From Balanoglossus misakiensis (lineage: Eukaryota > Animalia > Hemichordata): a DNA stretch of 64,000 bases. The notes under the pieces are model-generated. The model did not search any database. It was not told the origin of the DNA and saw only the letters and a list, made by a program, of their open reading frames with translations. The stretch is from positions 6,688,699-6,752,698 of the forward strand of contig CM082581.2 in assembly GCA_040954595.2 (NCBI GenBank). Direction: 5' to 3'. This document shows, one piece after another, positions 46,298 to 59,760 of the stretch (the first letter of the stretch is position 1; the number at the start of each line of letters is the position of its first letter). Made by a program: the position numbers and the translations under genes.

Positions 46298-49200
46298 CTG
46301 ACAAAGAAAAGGTAACAGAAACATATATGAATATATGACTTTGCCGTTGGCCTTTTTAATGCATGCACTGATTGTCAACATACAATAAAATACCAGCTTA
46401 TACAGTTATTATACCATCAGTTCAGACAATGACAAAAACACATGGCAGATATGTACATCTGACAACAGATGTATGATGCATGATAATTCAGTTTCCTCAC
46501 CACATGTTGGGCAGCCATTCTCATCAATCCAGGAAAGTGACAGGGATGAGCACAAAAATAGCCTGACCACAACCACACCAAAGTACACATTGGTAGATCG
46601 ACTTTCTCAAAACATAAGCAATCTACCATAGGGTTTTTTGCATAGAATTACAGAGCAAAAGTATATTGTAAAGCTCTAGTTCAGAACCTCAAATCCATTT
46701 TACTCATTTGACTGCTGCTAATTCAACTGAGCAATAGTGATTGTTTAATTAGTATACCTACATGATTTGACTCATCAAAGTGATGATTACCAAGACAAAT
46801 TATGCTCATTTTTTTTCTAAATCTAATATAATAATAGACTTTCTCCATACTGCTCTTTCAGCCTATCATTATGATTATAATCAACACACATACAGGGAAG
46901 CGATTATTTGGGTATTAATACAGGAATAAGATTAACCTGTGTCAATAAATCTATCCCAGCATGCATCCCTGTTAAATAAGAATGGCACTTTGGCACAAAA
47001 GGTTAAGTCATCACTACACACATACCATACACTCCAGGTAACACCAACGAAATAACAACAGCAATTGTATTTGTCATAATTCAGCTGATCTCCTGTTGGG
47101 TGTTCATCGGTATCATTAGTTACAATGAACATAAATTTATTCATAAGTTACAAGAGTATTATTAAAAATTGCATGTCATGTAATTTAGCGATATATCTAT
47201 GAAAATTTGTAAAATTAATATCAATAGAAAACAAATGCATAATTGTAGGCAGCAAGGATGAAACCATCTGTCAGTTGGAACAGTATACAATAGAAAGAAT
47301 ATCAATCCATCATACATGTAAATTACACGTGGGAAACTGACGACTGGAACATGTCTATGAATTTTTTTTAAATGTCTAGCTAAATTAATTTGAAAAATCA
47401 TCATTATCTCCTTTGTGCTCTAAATTGGCAGTAATATCAAATCTGGGTAATTGCCATGGTAGACTGTTCAAGTAAGTGAAATTTAAAGCAGAAAAGTGGT
47501 TTCTTTCATCAGACAGGGTGAGGCAAATGGCCTATAGCGAATGGCCAAGTCTGACCTGATGTCCATCAAATGTCAATATAGACAAGCGAAAATGGCAATT
47601 TCTAGATTGGATCAAACCCGATGTTATTGTGAAGGCAGGTATTTCTGATCAAATCTGAACTGTCCAGTTGTTGAAAGAAATAAAATTACATAAAGATTAA
47701 GGTAACCTGGCATAAATGTTGATTGCAAATTATTGAAATAGAGATGCAACACTGCTTGCATTCACATAAACACAGTGCAGCACAATTACTTTTATATAAA
47801 CCTGAAAATTTATCATGTCACAGTCCAACAGGCTACAGCCATTTAAAAAAAATTATCAGTATTTATACTTTGACTTGCAAGGCTATAATTTATTCAGATT
47901 ATTTATGCTGAGAGAAGCTACACTGCATTGAGGCCAACGGAGGGGGCACAGCCAATGATTCTAACATACTGCGTGACTATTAGAGCATTATCATTTTCTA
48001 CAGGGAACATTGTCAGTGTGAGAGACAAACAAATTTCAGTGCATTTCAATTCCATGCCAGTGACATATCCTCTTTAAATTCATTGACACTCTTACATTGG
48101 CGATCTATTCTTATTTTATCCAACTTGATGAATAAACATAAAATGAGCTATCTTCTCTGCAGAAATATCAGGTCAGGTACATTGATGATCACATGTTTTA
48201 CTCAAGCTGTCCTGTTTTTGTTATAGTAAGACAGAAGTCGCAGTGATGATCAAACAAAGGCTGCGATAACAGTTATTGTTCATGTTTGCTTGCCTTTCAT
48301 CAGAGATGTGCTAAAGGGCGGGTTTATTTTCTCCATTTCAAAATTGCACAAGGATTGTTCCATGTCTCTCTTGTTCGCATGCAGACAGCAGCCTCAGGTT
48401 ATGCAAATCAAGTCCACAGCAAGTCTGCCTGTGTCTTCTAAGCTGTATAAACCGATACCCAAATCTGACTACATGTACACCTATATATGTAGGGCTGATG
48501 TAAATTGTCTGTTGTGAACCCTGCTTGTGTTATAACCCCAGTGGTACATTAGTCTTGCAATGTGAGGGATAAATGCAGTCGGACCTACACTGATTCCTTT
48601 CATCAATAGACCAGTATCATTTGTGTGTAGAAAATTTCAATAAAGCTACAATTCCTTTCCCTTGCTTATCCACACAATACAGGTCAATATACCCAAATGT
48701 CAAGTCTTGCTGGACGTTTTGTTCAAATATTCACTTTGCCGGGTAAACACATTGTCTTACAACTGATACATGTCTGAACAGAGAAGCATATGCTCCCTCT
48801 TCTACTTTCCTGATATTTTATGGCTTCCATATCTTATCTATCTTTCTGAAGAATTAGACAGTTTCACAACTTTGGAGACATGCCAATTTCTGTCTGCATG
48901 AAACTGTCAGATGACAATCTACATTAAACTCATTTTAAGTTGTCTGTTAAAAGATATCTGCAAAAATTAGAGAAAAACATTGAGAAATATTAAAGCCAGT
49001 TACACGCTAAGTAAAGGCGAGCCTTTGTGATCGGTGACTGGCTATTATCTACATCACTGCATTTGAATATCGAACGTTTTCTTCATTTCATTCTATGAGT
49101 TCACTATATAGTCAATCCTGATTCTCAGACAGCAGGGTTTAGCATAGACAGAATGAATATATAGCTTATTTCCCAGTTTTTATTTGCCACTGAGGAATTA

Positions 49201-52200
49201 TTTATAGTAATCAAATCACATCATATAATTATAAAGGCTATTCATAACATCAGTCTTCAAGATTTCTACTGTTAATCTATCAAAATAAGCATGACTCAGA
49301 ATTTAATTGTCTATAGAAATTGTTGGACAATGCATTCTCGAGTCCATACGATAGATGACGAATTCGCAATTCACACTTTTTCTCCATTGAACTTTTTACA
49401 GTGCTTTGAACTAGTTTCCAGCACCGAAAACAACTAAACATCAATCAGTCTTTTTGCAAACATGAGCTAAAAAGAAGTCCACCATCAGTGCCAGCTGTAC
49501 CCCTCAATTAAATCTACCCTTCTCATTTACACTAAAAGGTATAGCCTAACTTTTCTACAGGTGGAGCCAGCAATCAATTCATGTTACAATATCGTCCGCA
49601 ACGGTTGATGATTTTCCATAATGCCTTTACTACTGTACTATCAACGCTACAGAAATCAAACCCTGCCACCCATGACGTTGCGTTGGGGAGTGAGTGCCTG
49701 CAGGAATCTAGTTCCTCTACAAGTTTGAACAATCTTGACATTTCAACAGTCTCTTGTCTCATGCTCCTCAGTTTTCGAGCGTCACACTCGAGAAGTGCAA
49801 GAATCATAATACAGCACGTTCTTACATGCAGGACTACTAGAAATACAGACTACGAACACTACGTTCCTTGCCCTACTTTAATCTTATTACACTTTGGAAA
49901 GATTTAAACACTGAATACAAAAGAAACCATGTATTTTCACATGCATGTTGTTGTAAAGTGAAAAAGAAACCTGTTGGCTCACTTACCACTAAAAGATCTA
50001 CTTATTATCTAAAATTTTCATTCTAACGTGGACAAATATGATGCGATATTTTTATGCTTTGAAAGGAATACAAGTGTATGACATTTAGCTGGTGAAATAT
50101 GATCTGTAATGTGACTGCTGTACTGTAAGTGGATATACTGAAAACAGTGCAAGAAAATTAACACAGGCGCAAAATCTTCACTTTACCTACCAGTGTGTCG
50201 ACAGTTCTAGTCTGCAGATTTCTCCCCGACTACACTCAAAATGCTTCTCCCAAATCACTTTCATCAACTCAACAGACCGTTGAAATGCTTTTATGCAGTT
50301 CCATTGTACATGTGCAGTAAAGCTACACTGGCATAGATGTGGGACATTACAGTTTTCCTAAGGCTACGCATCTATTCATATGCAAATTTCTCAACGTTAC
50401 TTTTAAGTACTACTGCAGTTCTAAATCTAAGATACACAGGTGACCCTCAATATTTTAAAGTGTAAAGGGGGAAATGGTTTCTAACTCTGCAATATTTCCA
50501 TAGCAACTGACTATGTATATTCTCACAACTGACGAAAATGACAATTGATTTGATCACACTCTAATGGGGTCAAAGGTTAATCTCCTGAGGTCATGTTAAT
50601 TACTGAACCCTAAGGTGTTTTGATGCAGGAATTTTTGGGAATGACACCCTGGAATCATCCTGATGTAATTTGAGTCTCGGTATTACATGCCATTTCAGGT
50701 GTTACCAGATATCAACAGGGTTCAGTTTAGTTCACACTCCAGTTGTTGGTAAACAGCCAATACATGCACAGTTGTAATCATGTCCGAACACGCCAGGGAC
50801 CTGCTGCATCATGTGTAAATTTGACAGTTAGGGAATTCTTCAGCAAGACTACTATCCCCATGACAAACTTGGAAAATGTTCAAAAAACGTGAAGTCAAAT
50901 TCCAGCGTTGAAGTACTGGCAGGCAATTTTAGAACTGATTTACCCACTCTGGGGTGGGTTACTGAAACACTGGGATTAATGCATTGTGACAGAGAAAATT
51001 ACAGCAATAAATTATTTTTTACATGAAACACCAAAGCATGCAAAGAAACTGAGCCAGTACCCAGTTTTCTATCCATGTATGGGTTTTTTTTCACAAGACT
51101 ACCAATTATTACAACAATACCACAAAAAAGCACTAGTAGACAAGGGTTATAATTTTTTTCAATACCTGTTTAGCCATGATGAAGGTAGTAATGTCACACA
51201 TGACAAAATTTTACAAGACTTAACTTCTCTATAAAGCAGCATGTAAAAGAAGACAAAAAATGGCAATGGAGACAGTTAGTAGGGAGAAGAAGCAATTTCC
51301 AAGTCGGTGAAAATTCAAGATCTGTTCAGTGTGCTGATAAGACGCCAACATGAAGATAAATGAAAGGGGTGATGTTTAGCATGCAAAGCAGTAGTGTGGG
51401 TATATTTTCACACATAGGAGTGGGCATCATGCATCAATCAGCAGCTTACAGCCATGTCTACACAGAACAGTACATGCCCAGACAGAACAAGATTTAGAGG
51501 GATTTCCACAGTCATTCGTTTTAAAAACGAACAAACCATTTAATAAAATTCCCAAAATCTTTGGATACAGAGAAATTGCCTAAATAAACTGCATACAATT
51601 AATAAAGAAAAACATTACATTAAGAAATTACGTGACATTCCCAGTAAGTGGTGTGCAGTGTCTGACGATCAGTTACGTCTGTTGCTGAATAAATTATGTA
51701 CCGTGCACAAAATTGAAGTAGAAATAACAAAGTATACCATTCATACCTACGGGATCGGATGTGTAAATTATTTTGATATATATAACAGAAATAATTCACA
51801 CACATCAGCTTTCGCGACGTAACATGGCAAACATTTCAATTCATTCATTCGCGACATCGACTTGAGTAATAGTATGATTGAGACTTGAGTCAGAGGTAAA
51901 TTATCATAATAATTTATTATTTAGCAAAACTGAATTTTCCGAGGGTATTTTACAGTTTAAAATGCATCGGAGTGTGTATTCACCATATTCCGACATCTAC
52001 CGATTGATAAACTCTCTAGAACAGTATGCAGTTGTAATTTAGTAGGTAGAGTCGCGATGAATGAAATTGCTATGTGTATCGATGGGGCCTGCCTGAGCAG
52101 CACAGGTATTTCAAAACAACGATGGGGTGACAACACCTTGACGGCGATCGTCTCAGCAAACTTACTCAGACACCGAGTAATTTAACTACAACTGAGATAA

Positions 52201-52212
52201 ATATATACTTAC

Positions 52213-52865
52213 TTATCTTTTCCGGGGAACGTATGTTTTCATTTCACTGGCGGAGGGCTGCTGAGCCACCTTGCAAAAAAAAGTACGTTCGATCTCGTCA
52301 GAGAGAAGGAAACTGCGACGAAATTTGAATCACCGCCATCTTGACCTAACGGACTCTCGTGGAATCTCGTGAGATGTTAGGAACTTTTTAATGTACATGT
52401 ACTTGATTTCTTGGTTCACTATAATGATTATCATGATAATAGCCACAAGTGAAGAATGATATCTAGGTCAGTATTTTTTTACACATCAGCATATACATTT
52501 TTAGTATGAAAATACATAACATGAAATATAGCATGTTCATACTGAGTCACATTTTATTTATTTTCATTGTGTACCATCCATGAATTTTCAATATGGTTCA
52601 ATAGCACAAAGACACACGAGAAAAGGTACAGATAGCCCACTTTTATTATAATATGCAAAGTATCATCATTTGCCATGAACATGTGGAAGTCCCCGAGTTC
52701 TTAAAAAACAAAAGATGTCATATTTCAAACACCGGTGGCGCCACATCTACAACAAATAAAATGGCCGAACACTCATGGAAGCTTGGAATCACGTTGTTGG
52801 TTGCATAAGTGCCCCCGAACCAGGGCAACGTGGAGTACATTACATTTCAGGATTAGTACAGGACA
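52213..52865. promoter_or_regulatory. putative ALMS1/SUPV3L1 bidirectional promoter with a probable non-coding ALMS1 exon 1 (~52213-52345)
   Basis: Minus-strand YY1 motif AAGATGGCGG (ccgccatctt, 52333-52342) and a strong donor TAA|gtaagt at 52211-52212. Plus-strand YY1-like AAAATGGCCG at ~52758-52767 precedes the SUPV3L1 ATG. TCTCGTGAGA (52365-52374) is one mismatch from the TCTCGCGAGA promoter palindrome. Confidence 0.55.
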
Positions 52866-55800
52866 ATGAGTCTACCACCGGCTCGCCTATGCCTCAGATG
52901 CGTGGCAACAAGACTAGCATGTCTGCGAACAACGGCTGACACTGCCCACAGTTCTGCCCGGTGCGCTGCACATGTTGTCCATCATGTTCAGTCACCAATG
53001 TCACGTTTTCCAAATAGGACCCATTTGTGTAGTAGACCGTTTGGCAGTAATTCAGGAATGGACACCACGTTGTTTGTGCCTGTTCCCGTTAAAGTGTCTA
53101 ATAATACAGACGACATAGACGTTGGCGCTGAACTTACGTCTGTCGATCTCAAGTCAAAGAAAGGTAAATGACCTTTAACCTTACAACACTCTTCTGGGGT
53201 AACTGAGTACATTTGACCACAGCCCCTGACCACTTTGATCAGACAGATTTGACCACTTTGACAGATTTCTCATAAAGACAAGACTTTCACAGTTTTTGTG
53301 CCATAGTACTACATGGGCCAGAGGATAAAACAACTTTTGCTTATTTTTCCTACAAAGAGCATCTGAAGAAACTTAAACACTTAAATTTATGAAAGGATTT
53401 TTATATTTCTGTTGTTCTCACAGATGATATTTTGGGACTCCTGAATGAATTTTATCGCAGAAAAGAAATTCAAAGGCTTGCCATTGAACAGGGCTTAGAT
53501 GGTAAGTGACTTGACAATGTACAGTAAAATCAGACATGACATACAACTTTCTTAGAAAAAAAAGTATTGCAATAAAAGATACATATATGCAGAAACTGTT
53601 AATAAACCAATTTATACTGAAACTCATGTATATAATAACTGTTCTGATAAATTGTACAAAGATTTGTAACTGCAGTCATAATCCCATTCATGACCAAAAA
53701 AAAAACTATCCATCACATTGTATTTATTTTGTCCCTTTCAGCTCACTTGTTCCACCAAGCCTTCATCAGTTTTAGAAAATTCATTTTAGAATCTGAAAGT
53801 TTACCAGCTGATTTACATATAGTTCTGAGTGACATCCTGTCAGAGTCAGGCCATATAGACGATATTTTCCCGTACTTTATGCAACATTCAAGACAAGTGT
53901 TTCCAATGCTGGATTGCATGGACGATCTGAAGAAAATCAGTGATCTTACAAGTCCAACAAGCCTGTAAGTGAAGTTTATATTTATGATGTTCTAGACTTG
54001 TAATAAAATACTGACAGTGTATGTAGTCTTATAAAATAATTGCAAATATCTAAACCTGGTACTAGTGTATCTTTATTCTTCCTGCATTGATAAATTTCAG
54101 ATATCCAGAAGCCAGAACAATAAAGAGAAAGATTATCTTTCACGCAGGACCAACAAACAGTGGGAAAACTTACCACGCTTTGGAAAGGTTTTCTTCTGCA
54201 AAGAGTGGTGTTTATTGTGGGCCATTGAAACTGTTGGCCAACGAGGTCCACCAGAAAACCAATGAGAGGGTAAGCGTTGATCTACAGACTTTGCTGAAGT
54301 CTTCCAAGGACTTGGACTGTTCTAGGATAGTTTCCCCCTGGATATTTACCTACCGGATTCTCATAGCCTGCACACACTGCTTCCAAACTGTATAAAAATC
54401 CAATGTTGTATATTACATGGCTAACATGGCTAGATCTTCTTACAGAATTGGAAACGTAAACAGCCAACACAGTCACCCCCAAAATGTTGCGGTAGTATAG
54501 TTTGAAAATTGCCTGTGAATGACCCTTGAACCCAACCAATTCAGACCCATATTGCCATAGAAATTTCCAATGTTTCACAATTTTTCCAGGGAATACTGTG
54601 TGACCTCATCACTGGTGAAGAGAGGAAGTATGCCCATCCGGAAGGAATTCCATCCAATCATGTAGCGTGCACTGTTGAAATGACAAGCACGACTCTTCCA
54701 TGTAAGTTGTGGAGTCCTTTGTATGTCGACAGAGTACCCACCTACATACATGTATGTATGTTCCTCAAAGAAAAATTTACTTGATGCACCTAATGTGTTT
54801 CAGAGTTTTAAAAAGTTTGAATTGTGGCCAACTGAACACATTCCGTCAATTTTTTATCTTGTGTATTTTTAGATGAAGTTGCAGTGATTGATGAAATTCA
54901 AATGATCAAAGATCATTCAAGAGGTTGGGCTTGGACAAGAGCCCTGCTCGGTAAGTTCTTTGACTCTAGAGGGCGCCATAACCAAGACAGAACTTTCCTT
55001 TTCAACTGTGTTTATAATGGTATAAGTAACTAGAATAAATATATCTTGTGGAGATGTCCGAACTGACTATTTTGTAACAGAAACAGAGAAATTCTTTTTT
55101 TTCTCTGCTTGAAACAGGTGTGTGTGCTGAAGAGATTCATGTGTGTGGGGAACCAGCAGCCATAGACTTGGTGCAGAATCTCATGTTGGACACTGATGAA
55201 GAAGTGGAAGTCAGGCGATACGACAGACTGACATCATTAACAGTGCTAGACAAAGCGTTAGGTCAGTGTTCATGATGTACCTGGGTAAGCCACATATGTA
55301 GAAATGTTAGAGAAAAATGTTCTTTCAGAACAAAAAGTACCGGTACATTTGGTGAACTAGCATTTTGAATTTTACCAACTTTCATATACTTCATGTAGTA
55401 TATTCAGAGATGGCTTGTGCTTGGTTCTATGTGTACTGAGGCCATATGAACATTGAAATTCGCTGGGAATTGGGACCACACAGTCTTGATCCACATTCAC
55501 CAAGTATTTCCATATTTCCCTTTATATAATGGAATTTTTGGTTTAAACTGACTGGATCGTGAAAGGATTAAAATATTAATTAACTTCTTTTCTTCTGTAG
55601 AAACCCTTGACAATGTTCGGCCTGGTGACTGCATTGTTGCTTTCAGTAAAAACGACATTTTTAAACTGAGTCGACAGATTGAATCACAAGGCAAAGAGTG
55701 TGCTGTTATTTATGGCAGTTTGCCACCAGGTTAGTACAGTTCTAATGACAACTTTTGTCTTTTGTGCAAGATACAAAATTGCTCTTGATTCTCCATAATT

Positions 55801-58694
55801 CTGAAATGTTCTTTCATTTTAGGTACTAAATTATCGCAAGCCAAGAAGTTCAATGACCCCAAAGACCCATGTAAGATTCTTGTGGCCACAGATGCCATTG
55901 GTATGGGCTTAAACCTGTAAGTACAGACACATTGGTGCTACAATGGTGACAGAAAAATGTGTAATTTACTTTGTGAAGTTTCTGGTAAAAGCTGTCAAGT
56001 TTGGTTTGACAGAAACTGGTTTCTCTAGTGTCATCATAGTGTTTGTGTTGTGCATATTAGTAGATTGTAGCTTACCCCCTTTTACATGTACATCATTTTA
56101 GGAGCATCAAACGAATCATCTTCAACTCACTGGTACGGCCGACACTGAACGAGAAAGGAGAAATTGAAATAGTGCGACTGACCACGTCACAGGCGCTGCA
56201 GATCGCTGGGAGGGCGGGACGTTACGGCTCACAGTTCCAAGACGGTGAGGTGACTACTCTGTACCGAGAAGACTTGCCGGTGTTGAAAGAAATCCTGTCT
56301 AATCCAGTGGAAACCATAGACGCTGGCGGGCTCCATCCAACAGCTGAACAGATTGAGATGTTTGCGTATCAGTTACCAGATGCATCATTGTCAAATCTCA
56401 TGGTAATATGGAGTGTAATTCAGTTGTAGGATCACAACATTTTAATGTTTGAAGTTTATCCACCTCTCTGTCAACTCTTAAAATTCTTCAATGAACATTG
56501 TTTGACAAAGTTTATTCTTAGCAAAAATTTATTCAAAAACATAGATCGCCACCATTGGCCAGACAGCAAATTCACCAATTACCCAGCCAAAGTGTTGACT
56601 ACATTTGTGTTTCTACATTGATTTCAGGATATTTTCATCAACGTATCCAAAGTGAACCCATCATATTTTGTCTGCAACATGGATGACTTCAAATTCTTAG
56701 CCGACATGATACAACACATACCATTGGATCTCCGCGTCCGATACACATTCTGCTGTGCTCCGATCAACAAGAAACACCCATTTGTGTGCACCTCATTCCT
56801 GAAGGTAACTGTCTGCACCAATTACATTACTCTTGTATATGTACCCACAATGCTTGAACTGTCCTGTGGCATAAGTTCAAGGTATAGCCAGCCAGAAGTG
56901 GCCAGTAGGTTCATCTTTGGTATCCTGCATAAAGCTAACCAGTGGTGTGTGTACATCATAGCCCTTCCCAGCAATCATATGTTTGGTGTTAGTAATACAA
57001 GGAAACATTTCATTAAAAAAGCCCATCATAGACCACTTCGCGGATAGGGTATCTGCAATGCATGATGGTATAATTTGCGTTCAACATAGTGTCTAGTACA
57101 TGGTCAACGCACGCGATCAAAACGCAAACTGTCCCACAACCACCTGTGTTATTCTATCCTTGAAGTGGTCCATGTAAGCATATCTATTGATGGACATTCA
57201 TCCTATGATTGTTCTCTCTTACAGTTTGCTCGACAGTTCAGCCGAAATGAAGGTATGACTTTTGACTGGTTGTGCAGACATGTAAGATGGCCGTTGTCAC
57301 CTCCGCAAACCATCAAAGATTTGATGCATTTGGAAGCTGTGCATGATGTCATGGATCTCTATCTCTGGTTTAGGTACAAGTCATTTTTGGAATTTCAATA
57401 TCCTGAAACCCTCTTGTATGACTGCATTACCACACAGCAAAATCCTGAGTGTTAAAGAAGACAATCATATGTGGTGAACTGTTCTTCAGAAATTTTTCTG
57501 TAAATTTTCGTAATTGCTGTTAAATTTTCATGTTGGTAGTCTTACTACAAAGGGACAAGTATTTCTTAGCTATTGTGAAAAGTTATTCAACATTGTAAAA
57601 AAAAAAAAAGAAAGACAAACAGTGGATAAATTTTTATAAACCATTTATTTTCAGCTATCGATTCATGGATATGTTTCCAGATGGGAGGTATGTCCGTGAA
57701 ATCCAACTAGAGTTGGATGCCATCATTGCAGAAGGGGTGTACCACATCACAAAGCTGGTCCATGCGTCGGACGACAAGATGGGTGGCGTTTCAACTGTCA
57801 CTGATGACATAGCCATCAAGAAGTCAAAAGGAAAAGCTGCCCTCACGGGTGAGTTTGGGCAAACTGCAAAACTGAATTCACGTTGCTGGTGTTGTGGTGT
57901 TTATATTTTCCCACTTTGGTGACTTGACTGTAAACCAAACAGGTTCCATTTAATGGGATCTTTGCTGATTAAATTTTGATCATCTTTCAGAGGGAAACCG
58001 TGATACTTGGGTTTGCCATGGTCATTCCTGGTACAATCACATTACCTCAGTTGTTGTTGTTTTAGGTAGTGCTCCAGTTTTGGTGACATGTATTATGTAC
58101 ACCCCACGAATGTTTACGTCTGAGTAACATGCAATACAATAACAAAGGATACATCTATAAACATTGTGTGTGCTTGTCATTTTTTTTGCCAAGGATTATT
58201 TGCACACTAGTTTTGCAGTGGCAATCTAATGAATGTCTTGTGCAACTTTATTTTAAGTCATATTGTTCAGTAGAAATTAGATTCCAATACAAATGAAAGA
58301 CCAGAGCTGTGATCTCCGAGTTTACTTCAATAGGTCCACCGAACATACATCTGGGTTGAATCCCAAACACATTCATCTATCTTCATTCTTCTCTTCAGAT
58401 TTCACGGAAGTACAGTTGCAGAAACTGTCGGAACAAGACGTCGGAACTCCGGAGCAGCCGGCAAGACCCAAAAAGAAGAAATCACGATCGAAAAAGTCAA
58501 TTGAGAGACAGCTCGGCGAAGTGAATCCCAACATAAATCCAACTGGACTGACTTCAGAACTTCTGAGGGAGGGCATTTTGTCCCTGGAAATGCTGCAAGT
58601 TCTCCATGATGAATGGCAGCAAGCCAATGACTTTACTTTGAACGAAAACGGCAACAGGAACGTGAAAAAGAAGCGAAGAAAAAAGAAAAAATGA
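52866..58694 (+). CDS. SUPV3L1: SUV3-like mitochondrial ATP-dependent RNA helicase
   Basis: Exons approximately 52866-53163, 53424-53501, 53741-53964, 54101-54270, 54589-54701, 54873-54950, 55118-55261, 55601-55729, 55823-55916, 56102-56402, 56628-56804, 57224-57373, 57655-57848 and 58399-58694. Arg-rich mitochondrial presequence-like N-terminus, Walker [72 protein letters not shown]. Confidence 0.96.
57028..57173. mobile_element. MITE (~146 bp) in a SUPV3L1 intron
   Basis: Terminal inverted repeats atagaccacttcgcggatag and ctatccttgaagtggtccat (17/20 complementary). Confidence 0.65.
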
Positions 58695-59667
58695 ACACCT
58701 GTCGAAGTATTGCAGAACATTGATAAAGCAAAATGGCCAGATTCATTTTAAATCGCGAAACAAAGTCACTGATTTGAATTTGAATTTTAGATGTGTTTTT
58801 GGGCAGCTATGATCATGACATGGGATTTTGAAATTCAACCGATTCTCAATAAACTAAATGCATTTTTGATACTTGTTTGTTTGTGTGATATTGTAGGGAC
58901 TATGATCAACATCAAATGGAACTTGTCTACACAAAGACATAGCAGTCACATTTTGATATCAGGTGGGAAAATAACCTTGTCATCTACTCCTGGACTCAAG
59001 AACGATTTCATAAATATTACCATATGGCATGGCTTGTATATTGCTAAAAATTTAAACATCCTGTAAATTAAAAATGCTTGCATTTATCAGCCTGTTCATT
59101 TACATGTATCATGAAACCCTCTAAAACGTTAGCTTGTGTTCATGCAATACGAAGAACCATCCATGGACGAGATGGAAGCGCATTTCCTTTCAGTAGCCTT
59201 TGTTTGAAGGGATGCACACATGTCTAAATTCAACTACTCATTAAAATCCAAGATCACTACTGGAAAGAATCCTTCCTCCCCCCCCCCCCCCTCCAAAGCC
59301 ACAAAGTTCAATACAACTCTTGCTCGTGGAAGGACGGAGAGCATCATACCATGTGAAATAATCAGCAAATATGCATTATAAATTTCACATCTAGCTGTTT
59401 ACCCTTCTTGCTATCCAAATCACTAGTAGGAATGGCTACCACTGGGAACATGGTTATCTATTTTGGACTTCTCTTTGCGTCATTCTGCAACGACAATGCC
59501 CCCCTAACATCTCCCATGGGTAAAATTAGTGAAAAGAGGAGTAAAACAGTCAATGTGACATTTCAAAACAGGGTTCAAGAGCCAAGCAGCAAAAATACAC
59601 CTCACGCAATCCAAACAACTTATATCTCACACTCAACAAGCAGACTTTCACTTCTCACTTCCAGGAT

Positions 59668-59760
59668 TTAACCCTTCCACCACCGTGGTTTGGCCCAAAT
59701 GCATTATTTTTTACGGTAAATTTAGACCTCTATAGAGGGAACTGGGGGTGAAAGGGTTAT
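59668..59760 (-). mobile_element. piggyBac-type MITE, copy 2 (opposite orientation to 30323-30415)
   Basis: TTAA-CCCTTCCACC...GAGGGAACTGGGGGTGAAAGGG-TTAT aligns end to end with the reverse complement of copy 1, with scattered substitutions. Confidence 0.78.

Noticed and set aside
41201-46381. 1726-aa ORF as a standalone gene or retroelement ORF
   Set aside because: No RT, integrase or transposase motifs; flanked by splice sites and splices in phase into exons carrying ALMS1 motifs.
49574-49907. Overlapping 77-aa and 108-aa ORFs in the putative ALMS1 first intron
   Set aside because: No convincing splice sites or homology that I can recognise; possibly a decayed repeat.
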